DNA from: Psammoneis japonica
Taxonomy: Eukaryota
NCBI GenBank assembly: GCA_008632985.1
Contig: QPGO01000141.1
Location: 186,001-243,470, forward strand
Direction of reading: 5' to 3'
Length of the DNA stretch: 57,470 bases
Below, in pieces: positions 36,041-48,399 of the stretch. Position 1 is the stretch's first letter. Every line of letters begins with the position of its first letter. The notes under the pieces were generated by a model. It saw nothing but the letters and a program-made list of their open reading frames with translations, ran no database searches and was not told the origin of the DNA. The position numbers and the translations under genes were made by a program.

Positions 36041-37766
36041 AACAAATGTTTTCTTTGATGATCTGCTTGTCTCACCTTCAAGCATGGCTCCTGGTTCAAC
36101 ACATCCAAGCCCTGTGCAATCTTTCTTCTTCTTGCCAGCCATCCCAGCTCACAGCTTTTTTCTTGTTGTTAGCACAGATCTTCTTGGTGCAAGAATGAGT
36201 GGCCTCAAAGTGCCAGCTTGTGCCAGTTTTGGCAGCATGATGTTCCAAAGTGTTTTGTGGGCTCCTTTGAACACCTGTCTGAGTGCAATTGTCCTTTGCA
36301 GTTGTGGCATGCCTTCTGTGGCTGTCGCCATCAAGCATGCAACAAATTCCTTGTGCAGGTTGTTCTTTTTCAGTTGTTTGGTGTGGGGTGTCACCTTCTG
36401 GCAGCACTCATTCTGGCTGATCTCCCATGCAAGCTCCTGCTCCACCAAAGCAGTGTGCTGCAACAAGTGTGGGTCAGCCAGTGCCGGCCTGGCTGGCAGT
36501 GCAGCAACAGTGCTAAAAGTGTGGATCTGTTTTTTTCTCTTTGCAGAACAACCAGGCTTGGGACTTGTGCAGTGAGCTCCATGTCAAAGACACTCAATGA
36601 GGGCTTTTGTTGTTGTTGGACTTGCTGCAAGAGGATCCAAACACCCACATTTGCCAGAAATCCTGCACATTTTGAATTTTTGCAGCTGTGATGGGCAGCT
36701 GAGCTTGGTCAAGAGAAATGACTGTTGAAGAAACTGTTGAAGGTTCTTGCACCTTTTTGCATGATTTCAATGTGTTTGAAAGTTGGCTGGGTGCTCCATT
36801 GAAGATTTTGGATTTGTTTGGTTGCCACGTGGTGTCCACACACACAAGATGCTTCATGTGCTTGAAGAAGTTTGTGCAGGAGAGTGCAAATGACAACTGT
36901 GCCTTTGAAGCTGTGCTGGCTCCAGCAACCCAGTTCAGAGAAAATCTGCCAGAAGAAGGTTCCTCAGGATGATGGTGTTTGGCAACTTGCAGCAGCTTTC
37001 CAGACATCCCAAAGGATGAAAATGTGTTGGGACAAGAGCTGGAGTGGATGTGTCTTGTCTGTTGCACAGTTGGTGTGAGGAGGAGGTGATGTGGCTCCTG
37101 CCAAACAACAGAGAGGGAAAGACACCAGCTGTGTGCCTGCTGAGCTTTGTTCAATGTGCTCCAGCCCTGACTCAGCATTGCCTTGAGAGTTGCTTGAGGG
37201 TGCGGGGCTTTCTCTTTCCTGCTGTGTTGCATGATTGTCCCAGCTGGAAACAAAGCCTGTGCTGGCAGGTGAGCCAGTGCAGCTTCATTTCAAAACAAGG
37301 TCACGCAAGTCCCTGTCAAAAAAACCCACATCTCCAATTTACAGTGCTGCCACACCACTGTCCAGCAAAGCTGTTGTGGGCCAACCCACACTTCCAGCAC
37401 TCCCTGTCAACCAGCCAGTTGTTGTGATGTCTGAAAAAAGCCAGCGAACAAATGTCACATCAATGGGAGAGCTGAGGCACCATTTGCTCCAGCTTTGTCA
37501 TGCAGAAACCCTCTCCAGTGCCAACACATGCACCAACAACAACTGCTGGCACAGTCATCATCCATGACTTGTGGAATGGTTTGAACTTGCTCAACAATTG
37601 GCCACTGACCAGCAGCAGTGCCATGAGTGGAGCAGGTGCCCATGAAACAAGAAAAAACAATGACGACAGTTGTCGAAACGAGAGTCTGCAGCATGGAGCG
37701 ATGCTCATGGCTGGCAGAAAGAACAAAATTGAAAGACAAGCAACAAAGCAACTGTCGAAGCTGCCC

Positions 37767-40700
37767 ATTGGTTGTTCACTGAGAATCCAAAAGCAGATCC
37801 TGAAACCAAGCCGTTGCTGTGACATCCATTTGATGCACCAACTCCAACAGTCTTTCCGTCTGCCGACATGGACAATGACCACCCAAATTCATCTCCTTGA
37901 GCCTTGCCATTCAAAGGATCACCCACCTGCTTCCATTCGTCAGTGTCACTGTCGCACTGAAAGATTCTAACTTGACCCGCATTGGTTGATCCATCTACAT
38001 CATGCTCTTCCTTCCAACTGCCACCACATTTCCATTTCCGCTCAACAACACCAAGTGTCCAAAATCATCACTTGGCTGTTGGGCTGGCAAAGTTTGCCCA
38101 TGCTGTTTCCATGCTGAAGAATCATGATCATGGAAGCATGCCAAAACTCTTTCATTGCTTTGCAGCAATTGAATTTTTCCATTTGCCAGCAATGCTTACA
38201 TTCCTGGTAATCTCGTGAGCTGTGTGCATGATGATTTCCTGCCAAAACATGATCGCATCTGTGAGTCGTGTCATGATGAACCCGCCCAAAAAAGAGGTGA
38301 TGTCTGTGAGTCATGCAAACAAAAACTCAAGCACACACAAGGCACGTGAAATGAAACAACCCAAGACAATGCACTGCATGGAACGCACACAATAGAGCCG
38401 TTGTCCCATGCAGCATTGTGAGAAATGAAAAAGAACGCTTCTGGCCAAAAGCACACAGCATTGTGCCAAATCCACTGTGATGTCTCCCAAGCATTTGACG
38501 AATGTGCTCCATTGTTTTTTTGTGACAATTGGAGCAGCAAATTTTAAGTGGAGATTTAATTTTTTTTGGGCAAGATGATGCATCTCCACAACACAAAAAA
38601 ACGCCACCACCTGAAGGTTTGACTGTGCACCAGAATTTTCATTTTTTGTGCTGACACATGAGGAGCCAGTGAACCCAGAGGCAGCTTTCAAAAAAAGTGT
38701 GGCACCAAATTCTGTGGCTCAAATTTTGTTGCAGCCAAGGTTGCAGGAAGTCATTTGGCACAGCAACAAGAGGAGAGCTGAGCTGCAGAGCAGCAACAAG
38801 ATGTCCAAGAGATGTGCTTTCAACACAGCTGGAACACTTGAGGACAACACATGAGATTTTCTGCATGTTTCTACACAACACACATCATTTGCACTGCGCC
38901 CACATGGAAATCTCAAGCACCTGAGTGCAGACATCATTTTTTTCATGCACCAATCTGGCAACAATCACAAATCATGCAAACCAAAAATGGTGTCATGCCA
39001 CCAACATTAAATTGTCAATTTTTGCACCAATCGTCAGAATGACATTCGTCAACACATTCATCAATCAACTTGATGCCAAACAATTGCAAAGAACAATGTG
39101 TTTGTTGACACGTTCCTTATCAACCAACTTGACCTGCCAAACAATGGCAGTGACTCCGGCCCTGGCCGGACAGCAGAAAAAAGTGAGCAGATTTGAGGAC
39201 AGAAGATGCAAAAAATCAGGGGAAAGCATGAGATTAGATGAGACACTTGTTCTTGCACAAAAAGCACAGTGATGGAAAATGGATGGGCACAGTGCCACAC
39301 CACCCTTGCAAATGCGTGCCCCACCTGGGACAAAAACACATTGTCAAGAGCACACCCAGAACAAAAGGGATCTAAATGTCACCAAATGCCCCCCAACAAC
39401 ATTCCAAGCATTTTTTGTTGTTGAACACATCTTTTTCATTTCAAAAGCACAAAACAGGAAGACACTGAATGACAAGTGGCTTTTTGTTTTGTTGGGAAAA
39501 TCCTGGCAGACACAACAACCATGTCTGGCCAGCCTCCATGCAAAATGGTCCATGCGTTGGCTGACTTCATCCCACTTGGTTTGAACCAACCAATGACACA
39601 AATTCTGCTCAAGTCACACACCAACAATCAAGCAGGTTCTACACATCTCCTTCCAACCACAAGACGGGGCCACAATCATCAACGCCATCATGGACCCTTG
39701 TTCTTGTCACTGAAACAAGATCCAACGAAGAGTGAAACACCTGAACATGACCGGCATTCGTTCCGCCACTGCCATTCCATGAAGCTCCAATGACAAGAAT
39801 CGTGCCATCGCCATTTGACAAAACAGACTCGCCAAACTCCTCACCACCGGCTTGTCCAACCAATTCTCAGCCAATTTGCATCCATTTGGCGGGTGTCAGG
39901 ATTGTGTTGTTGCACAACAACATAGCCAGGAGGATTGGAGCAAGACAAATGTTGACTCGCTCCAACAGCCATGACATTGCCATCACGAGACAAGGAGACG
40001 GATTCGCCAAAACTGTCTTCTGCAGCTTTGCCATGCAAAACTTGACCGACAGGATTCCACATGGGTGTTGGAGTGGGGCGTTGAGTTGGATTGAGCATTG
40101 GACGAGGCGTTGGATTGAGAGTTGGATGAGGCGTTGGACTGAGAGTTGGACAAGGAGAGGGGTTCCCCGTTGGCAATGCTGTTGGATTGCGGGTTGTTGG
40201 ACCTGGAGTCGATGGTGGCGACGCGGGATCTTGTGTTGGCGGTTCTGTGATGGGAGTGCTGTTTGCAGGAGGCGGCATTGGAGTGGCTGTGCCAGTTGAG
40301 ACTTCACCAGTGCCAATCAAATTGTCAAAAGCATCGCTTCCGGCATTGGCACCCACCGCCTGGAGGTCATTCACGTGGGCCAACCTCCTTGCTGATGTCT
40401 TGAATGGCTCGGTCGCCATGGCATCCATGGAAATGTTGCCGTCACTGCTGTCGTCAGAAGCACACGTGACAGCCTGATTGCATGTGATTTGAAGGGAGGA
40501 TTCTCCATCACCATTTTCTTGAACCACAACAGTGTTGGTGACCTCCAAAGTCGTCTTCATGTCTTGTGCCGTTGACACTTGTAAGTTACGAATCAACAAT
40601 TCACCAAGGCCGCGTCAACGACAAGTGTTGAAATGATCCTCGACGAATGCCTTGGTTGCTGTGGCCCACAACTCGGAATCGTTTTCTTCAAACTCGGCAT

Positions 40701-41625
40701 CTAGACCAATCAAACGCATGACCAAACCGGTGGCTCGTTCAGTGGTCTCAGTGGCGGGTGCAAACGCAGGTGAAACATCAGGTGAAACCGCAGGGCTGCC
40801 TCCACCACCAGCATCCCACGGCTTTGCTGCAACGACAACCCCGACAATCGCAGCAATGACCAATGTGACGACACCAAGAATTTTGAATCGTTTGCGAAGG
40901 TGCTTGCAATGAAGCTCCTCTTCAGCACTCTCATCATCTTGATCAATGTGCGTTGTTTCATTTGCTTGTTCGTTCCGTCCAGCACCACCATCAGCAGGAA
41001 CCCCCTCTGCAACTTGTGCCTGGTGAATCCCTGCTTCAAGCCGAGCAAATCGTTCCAGAAGAGCTGCAACATTTTCAGTTTCTTCTGCCAATCGAGCTTT
41101 GACGAGTGGAGCACCACCATTGTCAGTGCCAGTAAAATCATCTGGAGGAGGAGGCATTGAATCGTTGGACCGCATCGTTTCGGGTCCTGACAAGAGAGAA
41201 ACATTGTCATCAGCGTTCCTTTCTCTTCGTTCCTCTGGTTCTCCTGGCCTGATGGCAAAGGCACCAGTGGCATCTGCATCTGCACCTGCAATGTCAGCTG
41301 TTGAGTTTGAGGCAGTCATGGTGCCGATGTCGTCATCAGCATGATCCAATTCAACAAGCAGTTGTTCTTCTTCTTTTTGTTCTTCTTCTTTTTGTTCTTC
41401 AACCGCAAAGGCTTCTTCTGCTTGTTGCTGCTCTTGACGGCAGCGATGGGCAGTTTTTTGTTTCTTCTTTTTCTTGTGAGAAGCAGCGGTGGTCGTTTCT
41501 CCCGCAGGAATTGTTTCATCAAATTCTTCCAGTTGTTGCTTCTCCTTTTCGTCATCCTTCAAGTTGCCACAAACACCACGCCTGTCGCACATGTCATCAG
41601 TGTTGTTGTTGTTCGAACGATTCAC
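37767..41625 (-). pseudogene. Chimeric FG-GAP family pseudogene
   Basis: ORFs 40615-41625, 39841-40599, 39639-39863 and 37705-37926, with an insert at ~38165-39730. The natural stop TAA is converted to CAA (FSVNN-Q). Confidence 0.85.
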
Positions 41626-42026
41626 GATTCATCATGGGGGTGAGCAACTCTACAATGAGAAAGATGCATGGACAAACCACCAACAAACAGCCACAATCCA
41701 CAAGCCACACAAGTGAGAGGTTTGTGATGCCGTAGATGCAAGTTCTGAAAACAAGCGCAACTTGAAGCACAAACGATGAACACGGATGCGCACTCCCCAG
41801 CGTTTGGGACAAAGAAAATGCTCAGCACCATCCTCGAACGGACAAACAATGATGTTTGCTTTTGTGTTTCTTGCATGTTGTTCTGTCACTGCATGTCAAG
41901 TGAACAAGCACCAAGCAGCGTGTGGTTGTCAGGAGCTTTTTTTCATCCTTTTTGCACTGAGCTGCCAATGGTTTGAAATCTCTTCACCCGCTGTGTCACC
42001 AACAAGAACAGCAAGCACTCGACGAA

Positions 42027-42381
42027 GCTCTGTTGCATCTTGGCAGGCTGTTGGGCAAAGCTTGTGAGCTGTTGATGTGTGCCCGCCTCCATCCTTTGTG
42101 TTCTTGGGCAGATTTTTCTCAAAGAAAAAGTGGCAAGTTGCAAGGTGGCATTGACTGTCATGATTGCCATGACCCCAACCCAGTTGAAATGTCTGCTCAT
42201 GCTGCACCTTTCACAAGCTCGTCAACAACCACCCATTTGGGCAGTTGAAGCACTGTTGACAAAAGCCCCAACTGCCTCAACACAATTCAACATTCATTGC
42301 CTCATTGAGTGTCACTCAACCCCGGTGTGTGGACACTCACATGTGCCAAAATGACCCGCAACAATTTGGAGACCTTGGATG
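42027..42381 (+). pseudogene. PIG-B internal fragment copy 3
   Basis: FLKEKVASCKVALTVMI...IHCLIECHSTPVCGHSHVPK vs intact FLKEKVASYKVVLIVMI...IHYLMGCHSTPAYSHLHVPK. Confidence 0.9.
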
Positions 42382-43255
42382 TGAGTTTGGACCTGATGTG
42401 TGCAATGCACGCTCACTGCCAGCTTCTGAGAGAGCTCTGGCACACAACACATGGGATGCTCCCACTGCTCTCTTTTTGCTGAACTTGCTGCCCTGTGCAT
42501 TCCAGGAAGCAACAGAATTGAGATTTTTTCAAATTTCTCCTTCTGCCAAAACACCACACACAGCAGTCCAAAGCGCCATCAACAACAATGAACAGATGCC
42601 AGTGCAAGCCACACCACAAAAGCTTGTCACATGTGCTTTTCTGTTGATGCCCCTCTTTTGCCAAGCACCTGCCTTTTTTGTGAGCCCTGTTTTGGAAAGT
42701 CTGCAGAGAGCTTGGTTTCTCCCATTTCTGAAAACACAGCTGGGCTGGGCACTTTGTCAATGCCTGGGGGAGGTGTCTGGACCTGCTGGAAATGAAAACT
42801 TGGCTTCGGGTGCTCCAAGCAAGTCAACAGCAAAATTGATTTTTTTCTTCTATTTGCACCCAGTGGCTTGTGTGCTGTGCAGCGGGGGCTGCTTTGCCAT
42901 GCACAGGAGACAGGGACCAATGTTGCATGGAGACATGCCAAGGCTGGCCAGAGCATGTCAACAGCAGCAGCTCAAATGGCATGTTTGAGCCATGCTCAAA
43001 CACTTTGACATGATCTCAGTGGATGTGGGACAAACATGGAAAGATTTTGATGCCATTGCATGTCCTCTGCAGATGCCACCACACAGAGAGCAGCAGCTTT
43101 GACAGGCATTGCAGCAGCTGCAAGGCCCATCTTGAAACAGTCAACAGAGGCAACAACCTTTTGGTCTTGTGGCCTGTGCAATGGAGCGATGCTCATGGCT
43201 GGTAGAAAGAACAAAATTGAAAGACAAGCAACAAAGCAACTATCGAAGCTACCCA

Positions 43256-46012
43256 TTAGTTGTTTACTGAGAATCCAAAAGCAGATCCTGAATCCACGCC
43301 ATTGCTGTTACGTCCATTCGACGCACCAACTCCAACAGTCTTTCCGTCTGACGACATGGACAATGACCACCCAAATTCATCTCCTTGAGCCTTGCCATTC
43401 AAAGGATCGCCCACCTGCTTCCATTCGTCGGTGTCACGGTCGTACTGAAAGATTCTAACTTGACCCGCATTAGTTATTCCATCTACGTCATGCTCTTTAC
43501 TTCCAACTGCCAACATATTTCCATTGCCACTCAACGATACCGAGTGTCCAAAATCATTACCTGGCTGTTGGGTCAGCAAAGGTTGCCCAAGTGATTTCCA
43601 TGCTGAAGATTCGTGATCATGGGAGTATACCAACACTCTTTCATTGCTTCGTGGTGCACCCACTGCCAGGATTGAGCCACTGTCATCAAGAGAAATCGAA
43701 TATCCAAACTCACCACGAACGACAGCTCCATCGATTGGATCACCGAATGGCTCCCATGAAGAAGATTTGTATTCATACACCAAGACCTGACCGGCATCCT
43801 CCCCCGCAGAATCATTTCTATATGCTCCAACGGCAACAATACTCCCTGAGCGATTCAAACAAACGGAGCGTCCAAATCCAGCATCGGCGGCTTGGCCGAC
43901 AAGTGTCTGTCCAAGCTGATTCCAACTTGAAGTACTAGGATTGTATTGAAATAACCGAACCGATCCAGAACGAAATGATCCCACGGCCAGAGTATCTCCC
44001 GCATCCGACAGAGAGACGGAAACACCAAATCGATCACCAGCCGCTTGTCCTTCAATTTTGTTTCCGTGCGGGTCCCATTGATCTGTGGAAACATTGTATC
44101 GAAACACTCGGACCATACCGGCATTGTGTCCACCGCTGTCGTTCTCATCGGCTCCAACCGCAAGAATCGTTCCGTCGCCATTTAACGACACGGACTCACC
44201 AAAATCGTCACCCCCCTTTTGTCCGAGTAATTCCTGGCCAGTACGGTTCCATGTTTTAGTGTCACGATTGTATCGATAGACCGACACGTAACCAAAAAAT
44301 ATCGAATTCGCCTGAGAGGCTCCCACTGCCATTACAGTTCCATCTCTCGACAACGAGACGGAATGACCAAACGAGTCTTTTGCCGCGTTACCATGCAAGA
44401 CTTGTCCCAAAGGCTGAAATGTAAGGTCTGGCAGAGGCCCAGGTGGCGTGGGAGACAGGGTAGAAGGTAATAACGTTGGCTCGAGCGTCGTGGGTGGCAT
44501 GGTTGGGGTTGGCAATGGAGTTGGTGTTGGAGAAGGCGTCGGAATTGGTGTCGGTGGACGTGTAGTAGGGGGCGGTGTCGAAGCAGTGGGAGAAGGAGTA
44601 GCGGGCGGTGTTGTTGGTATTGGCGTCGTTGGGCTTATCGTTGAGGGGCTCGTAGGAGGTGGAGTACTCAAGGTAGGAACAGGTGTTGGATTTGGCGTTG
44701 ACTTTTGCGTTGGTGCACTCGTCGTAGGGGATGGAGTGGCAGACGTAGGAACAGGAGTAGGGTTTGGCGTTGGCTTTTGCGTCGGTGAACTCGTCGTAGG
44801 GGTTGGCGTAGCAGTGGTTGAAACTGGAGATGGGTCTGGCGTTGGCATCGGCGTTGGTGATTCAGTAGTTGGAAGTGTAGGAGCAATGCTTGGTGTGGTA
44901 GATATCGAAGCAGACTGCGAAAGAGTTGGCTCTGGTGTGGGAGATGAATTTGGGCTCGAAGTTGGCGTTGGAGGCGGTGATTCAGGATTACTTGTCGGGG
45001 ACATTGTAGGCATTGCGCCGAGCGTCATGCTAACTGCAGTCAATCCATCAAAAATGACGTTTCCTGAAGCCTTACCAGTTTCTGTCAGGTCGTTTGCATA
45101 TGCATTTCTAGATACATCAGTCCTGAATGGCTCGGTCACCAAGCGGTCAATCGAAACGTCGTCGCCCTCGAAAGTATACGTAACAACTTGGCTGTAGGTG
45201 ACAAGCAAGGATGAGTCCGTGCCGTTATCACCAGCCTGTACAAGATCAGTATCAGTTACTTCCAATGTAATTTCAACGTCTTGAACATTGCTTATTTGTA
45301 GCAATCTCAGCAACCGACGTTGGCCACTGTTGTAAAAGCCCTCAACATATTTCTTGGTTGTAGTGGTCCATAGTTCCGTATCAGCTGCATCAAACTCTTT
45401 CGTTACACCATTCAAAGTCATTTCCAGTCCCGCTGTTTCTTTTGTTGTCCTGCTCTCGTTATTGCCACCGTCACCTCCACCACCGGTCACTGCAATAACA
45501 ATACCGACAATCGCTACAAGGAGCACTGCTGCTGCTATTCCTAGACAAAGGCGGCGCTTAGAGCGAGGCTGAGTCGTCTCCTCTTCTTGTTCCTCCGCGT
45601 TATGATGGTAATAACTAAAGAGAGACTTGAGTGAACTAGGTACACGAAACATAATGTTTCGCTCATCATCATCATCGGTCTCATCCTCAACGCGTGTCGT
45701 ATTTACGGGTTCTGCCACTTGTGTTTCCACCAACAAGGGAGGAACTGCTACCTGACGTAAATGTCGAATTTCTTCTTCAAGTCGAGCAGCCTCCTCATCC
45801 GTTACTTGAGCAAGCTCTGCTTGAACCACAAAAGCGCCTTGTCCATTGCTGGGCGTGCTGGAGGATGGTTCCGAAAAGAATGTAACATTGTCGGGATCTT
45901 GTCCTGCTCTTGGAATAGCTTGTCCGTGTTGAATGGCAAACGCACCAGCGACCGGACCTTCCGGGTCCCATGCCAGTTGTTCTTGTTGCTCTTGTTGTTT
46001 CTCTCGTCTCAT
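43256..46012 (-). CDS. Type II membrane protein with SEA-like domain, long Pro/Thr mucin-like stalk and FG-GAP beta-propeller (~918 aa), intact
   Basis: Intact ORF with [33 protein letters not shown], a ~190-aa PT stalk and six to seven FG-GAP-like blades. Tyr are retained. The start could lie slightly upstream. Confidence 0.9.
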   Translation of the reverse strand: MRREKQQEQQEQLAWDPEGPVAGAFAIQHGQAIPRAGQDPDNVTFFSEPSSSTPSNGQGAFVVQAELAQVTDEEAARLEEEIRHLRQVAVPPLLVETQVAEPVNTTRVEDETDDDDERNIMFRVPSSLKSLFSYYHHNAEEQEEETTQPRSKRRLCLGIAAAVLLVAIVGIVIAVTGGGGDGGNNESRTTKETAGLEMTLNGVTKEFDAADTELWTTTTKKYVEGFYNSGQRRLLRLLQISNVQDVEITLEVTDTDLVQAGDNGTDSSLLVTYSQVVTYTFEGDDVSIDRLVTEPFRTDVSRNAYANDLTETGKASGNVIFDGLTAVSMTLGAMPTMSPTSNPESPPPTPTSSPNSSPTPEPTLSQSASISTTPSIAPTLPTTESPTPMPTPDPSPVSTTATPTPTTSSPTQKPTPNPTPVPTSATPSPTTSAPTQKSTPNPTPVPTLSTPPPTSPSTISPTTPIPTTPPATPSPTASTPPPTTRPPTPIPTPSPTPTPLPTPTMPPTTLEPTLLPSTLSPTPPGPLPDLTFQPLGQVLHGNAAKDSFGHSVSLSRDGTVMAVGASQANSIFFGYVSVYRYNRDTKTWNRTGQELLGQKGGDDFGESVSLNGDGTILAVGADENDSGGHNAGMVRVFRYNVSTDQWDPHGNKIEGQAAGDRFGVSVSLSDAGDTLAVGSFRSGSVRLFQYNPSTSSWNQLGQTLVGQAADAGFGRSVCLNRSGSIVAVGAYRNDSAGEDAGQVLVYEYKSSSWEPFGDPIDGAVVRGEFGYSISLDDSGSILAVGAPRSNERVLVYSHDHESSAWKSLGQPLLTQQPGNDFGHSVSLSGNGNMLAVGSKEHDVDGITNAGQVRIFQYDRDTDEWKQVGDPLNGKAQGDEFGWSLSMSSDGKTVGVGASNGRNSNGVDSGSAFGFSVNN

Positions 46013-46907
46013 TATTTCTTCTTGAGCGTTTCTTGTTGCTTCTTGTTTTTCCTATGCTTCTCTCTGCGCTTCTTGAGTTACTGTACAATGACACTTGTTT
46101 GTCAGTGATTTGTGGATGGAACGTCACACGCGGCAGTGTATCGTTTTCATTTTGGAGAGAAAGAATAAGCGCTTTCCGCGACATCAGTTCCATGACCCAG
46201 ATTCGCGTTTCAAAAAATGAGAACGCCATCAAATCACTTGACAACCTGACGGACAAACATGTGATGCCGACACGTCAGCAGCGACGATACCGCGGTTCGC
46301 AACGCGTTTCATTGCCGCAGGGTTGGCGTGTATCGAAACTGTTCATGGTGAAAGCTGCAACATTGGGCATTGCTATTGCTGCACTGCCGCTATCGTTGGT
46401 TGTTGTTTCGTCATGGTTGATGGTACAGTGTGTGTGTGTCGTGTATGTCGGAGGGAGTTTTCACGCGTTTCGAAAATTCCAACGGTCGGTGCGCGCGTCA
46501 CGCGCAACTCCGCACGAACCCAACTTGAACTTCCACGTGTAAATCTTTCGTCGCTTTTGAGAACGTCCGCGAGGGTTGCGTCGTTCATCACTGTCTTGTC
46601 GCCACCAAACTTGCAATCCACAGTCCACCACCATCAATCGGGCCTTGCAAAAAATGAATGTTTGCAAAAACAGTGATGAGACAAATGTGTGTCAAGCTGA
46701 CACTGTTCTTTTGCAGCACAACTCGAAACACCTGATTTCAAGGCCATGTTTTCAGCCGACGTGCAAAGATTGGCAACAACACATTTGGTTCTCTTGAGGG
46801 CTGAAGAAAGAGGCTTGCTTTGTCCATGGTGCTGTGGGAATGTGAGCACAGATTAGATCTGGCCATTTGCATGCTGGACACATGGATCGAAGCGTTTGCA
46901 GAGGTCT

Positions 46908-47297
46908 GACGCGTTCCAGCCCCAGGTGGGACTCCGTGTGACATTGGGCCCGTAGAATTCTACGTGCGAGCTCCGTAGTACGAGAATTTAATTAATGGAT
47001 ATATTCATCTTTAACATCAAATAAACGGCCAAGTTTGTGGTGCAATTATGCCTCTTACCACTCGACGTTTTTGCAAATGCACCTGCCCTACGCGATTCTT
47101 AAGACATTATAGAATCGCGCTGTAACAAAAAATGTCAAAAGTTGTTGGACGGATCGCTCAATAAGTGTACCGTAAAATGACACAAAATATCAAAAAAATC
47201 ACGTAGAAATCTACGTGCGCGACATACGACGTGATTCAAAAAACTATCGATGTCACAGTTCAGCAGTGCGAGGTCCCACCTAGACCTGGAACGCGTC
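46908..47297. mobile_element. MITE (390 bp, 25-bp TIRs, 4-bp TSD GTCT), TA-intact copy
   Basis: GACGCGTTCCAGCCCCAGGTGGGAC...GTCCCACCTAGACCTGGAACGCGTC with GTCT at 46904-46907 and 47298-47301. Internal palindromes at 46951-46964 and 47200-47217. Confidence 0.88.
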
Positions 47298-48399
47298 GTC
47301 TGGCGCATTTGTCGAGATGTGTGGACAGGTTTTTTTTAATGGTGCTCTTTCTCAAGAAGGAAAACTGGCTGATGCCAATGCTTGGCAATTGCAGACAGTG
47401 CTTCACAGACTGCCATTGCAAGAGCAGGGGCAATCTTGCTGAGGCTGCTCAAAATCACCCGACATGTTGCGTGTGCAGCTGGGAATCCGTGTGACGACAC
47501 ATTGGGCCCGCAGAATTCCACGTGCAAGCTCAGCAGTGAGGTTGTTGAGCAATGAATGTGTCATTGATGACCAATGGAAAAAGAGGCAATTTGCAAATGT
47601 GCAAACTTGCCCATGACAATTAAAGCACAGCACAGCTTGCTCAGCCGGGTGGATTCTTTTCAGATTTTGAAGAGTGCAGCCCCTGGTGCCGCGTTGTTGT
47701 TCCCAAAAATTTGTTCTCAAACAAAACATCTGGGGCTTTGCAAAGTGGCAAGTTTGGAACATTTCTGTGAGAGAGCATTTGCAGAAATGCACATGTGAAG
47801 CCAACGATCACTTCTTCTACAGCCCAACACTGTGCAGGGCAATCAGATCACACAGCATGTCAGTGAGCGGGACAGACTGCCAGAAGGTTGTGCTGCCAAG
47901 GAGGGGGGGACTTTTCAAAAACCGAGCAAGTGGGTCATGGCTCACCCAAAAATCAATGAACCCACAGAAAGAAATGATGATGATCAAACCCCATCTTGGG
48001 TGCATCATCATTTTTCAGAAGAAGGGGACAAGAGCTGAAGGATTCCACTGCCGACTTGGAGGACACACATCAGTGTTCAAGTTTGATTTAAGTCACCAGC
48101 TGCACCAAGGACCTGTTCCATTGAAACTGGAAAACCGATGGCTACATTTTGGCCATGCAGCATCCTGTGCCGGGGCCCTGTCTCGACAAGTTAACCAACA
48201 GAGATGCTCCTTGACATCAAGTCGAGTGTGTCAGTTCAAAACCCTTTAGATGCCGGTGTGGAGCATCTCTCCGAGGCGTCTTGCAACCAGCTGGCAAAAA
48301 GCCCGCAGAGGGCTGGGACTAACTGGCAATTGTTGAGTTGATTGATTGATTGCAAGAACGGGGGCAACTTAAATGTAAAACATTGCAACCAAGAAACTC

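Larger units (their letters stand above)
37673..42562. repeat. Segmental duplication copy B
   Basis: Colinear with 20985-25100. Its right part (~41795-43170) is also homologous to ~9281-10700. Confidence 0.9.

Noticed and set aside
44448..45197. Gly/Val-rich plus-strand ORF (also 55002-55316)
   Set aside because: Antisense of the Pro/Thr stalk.
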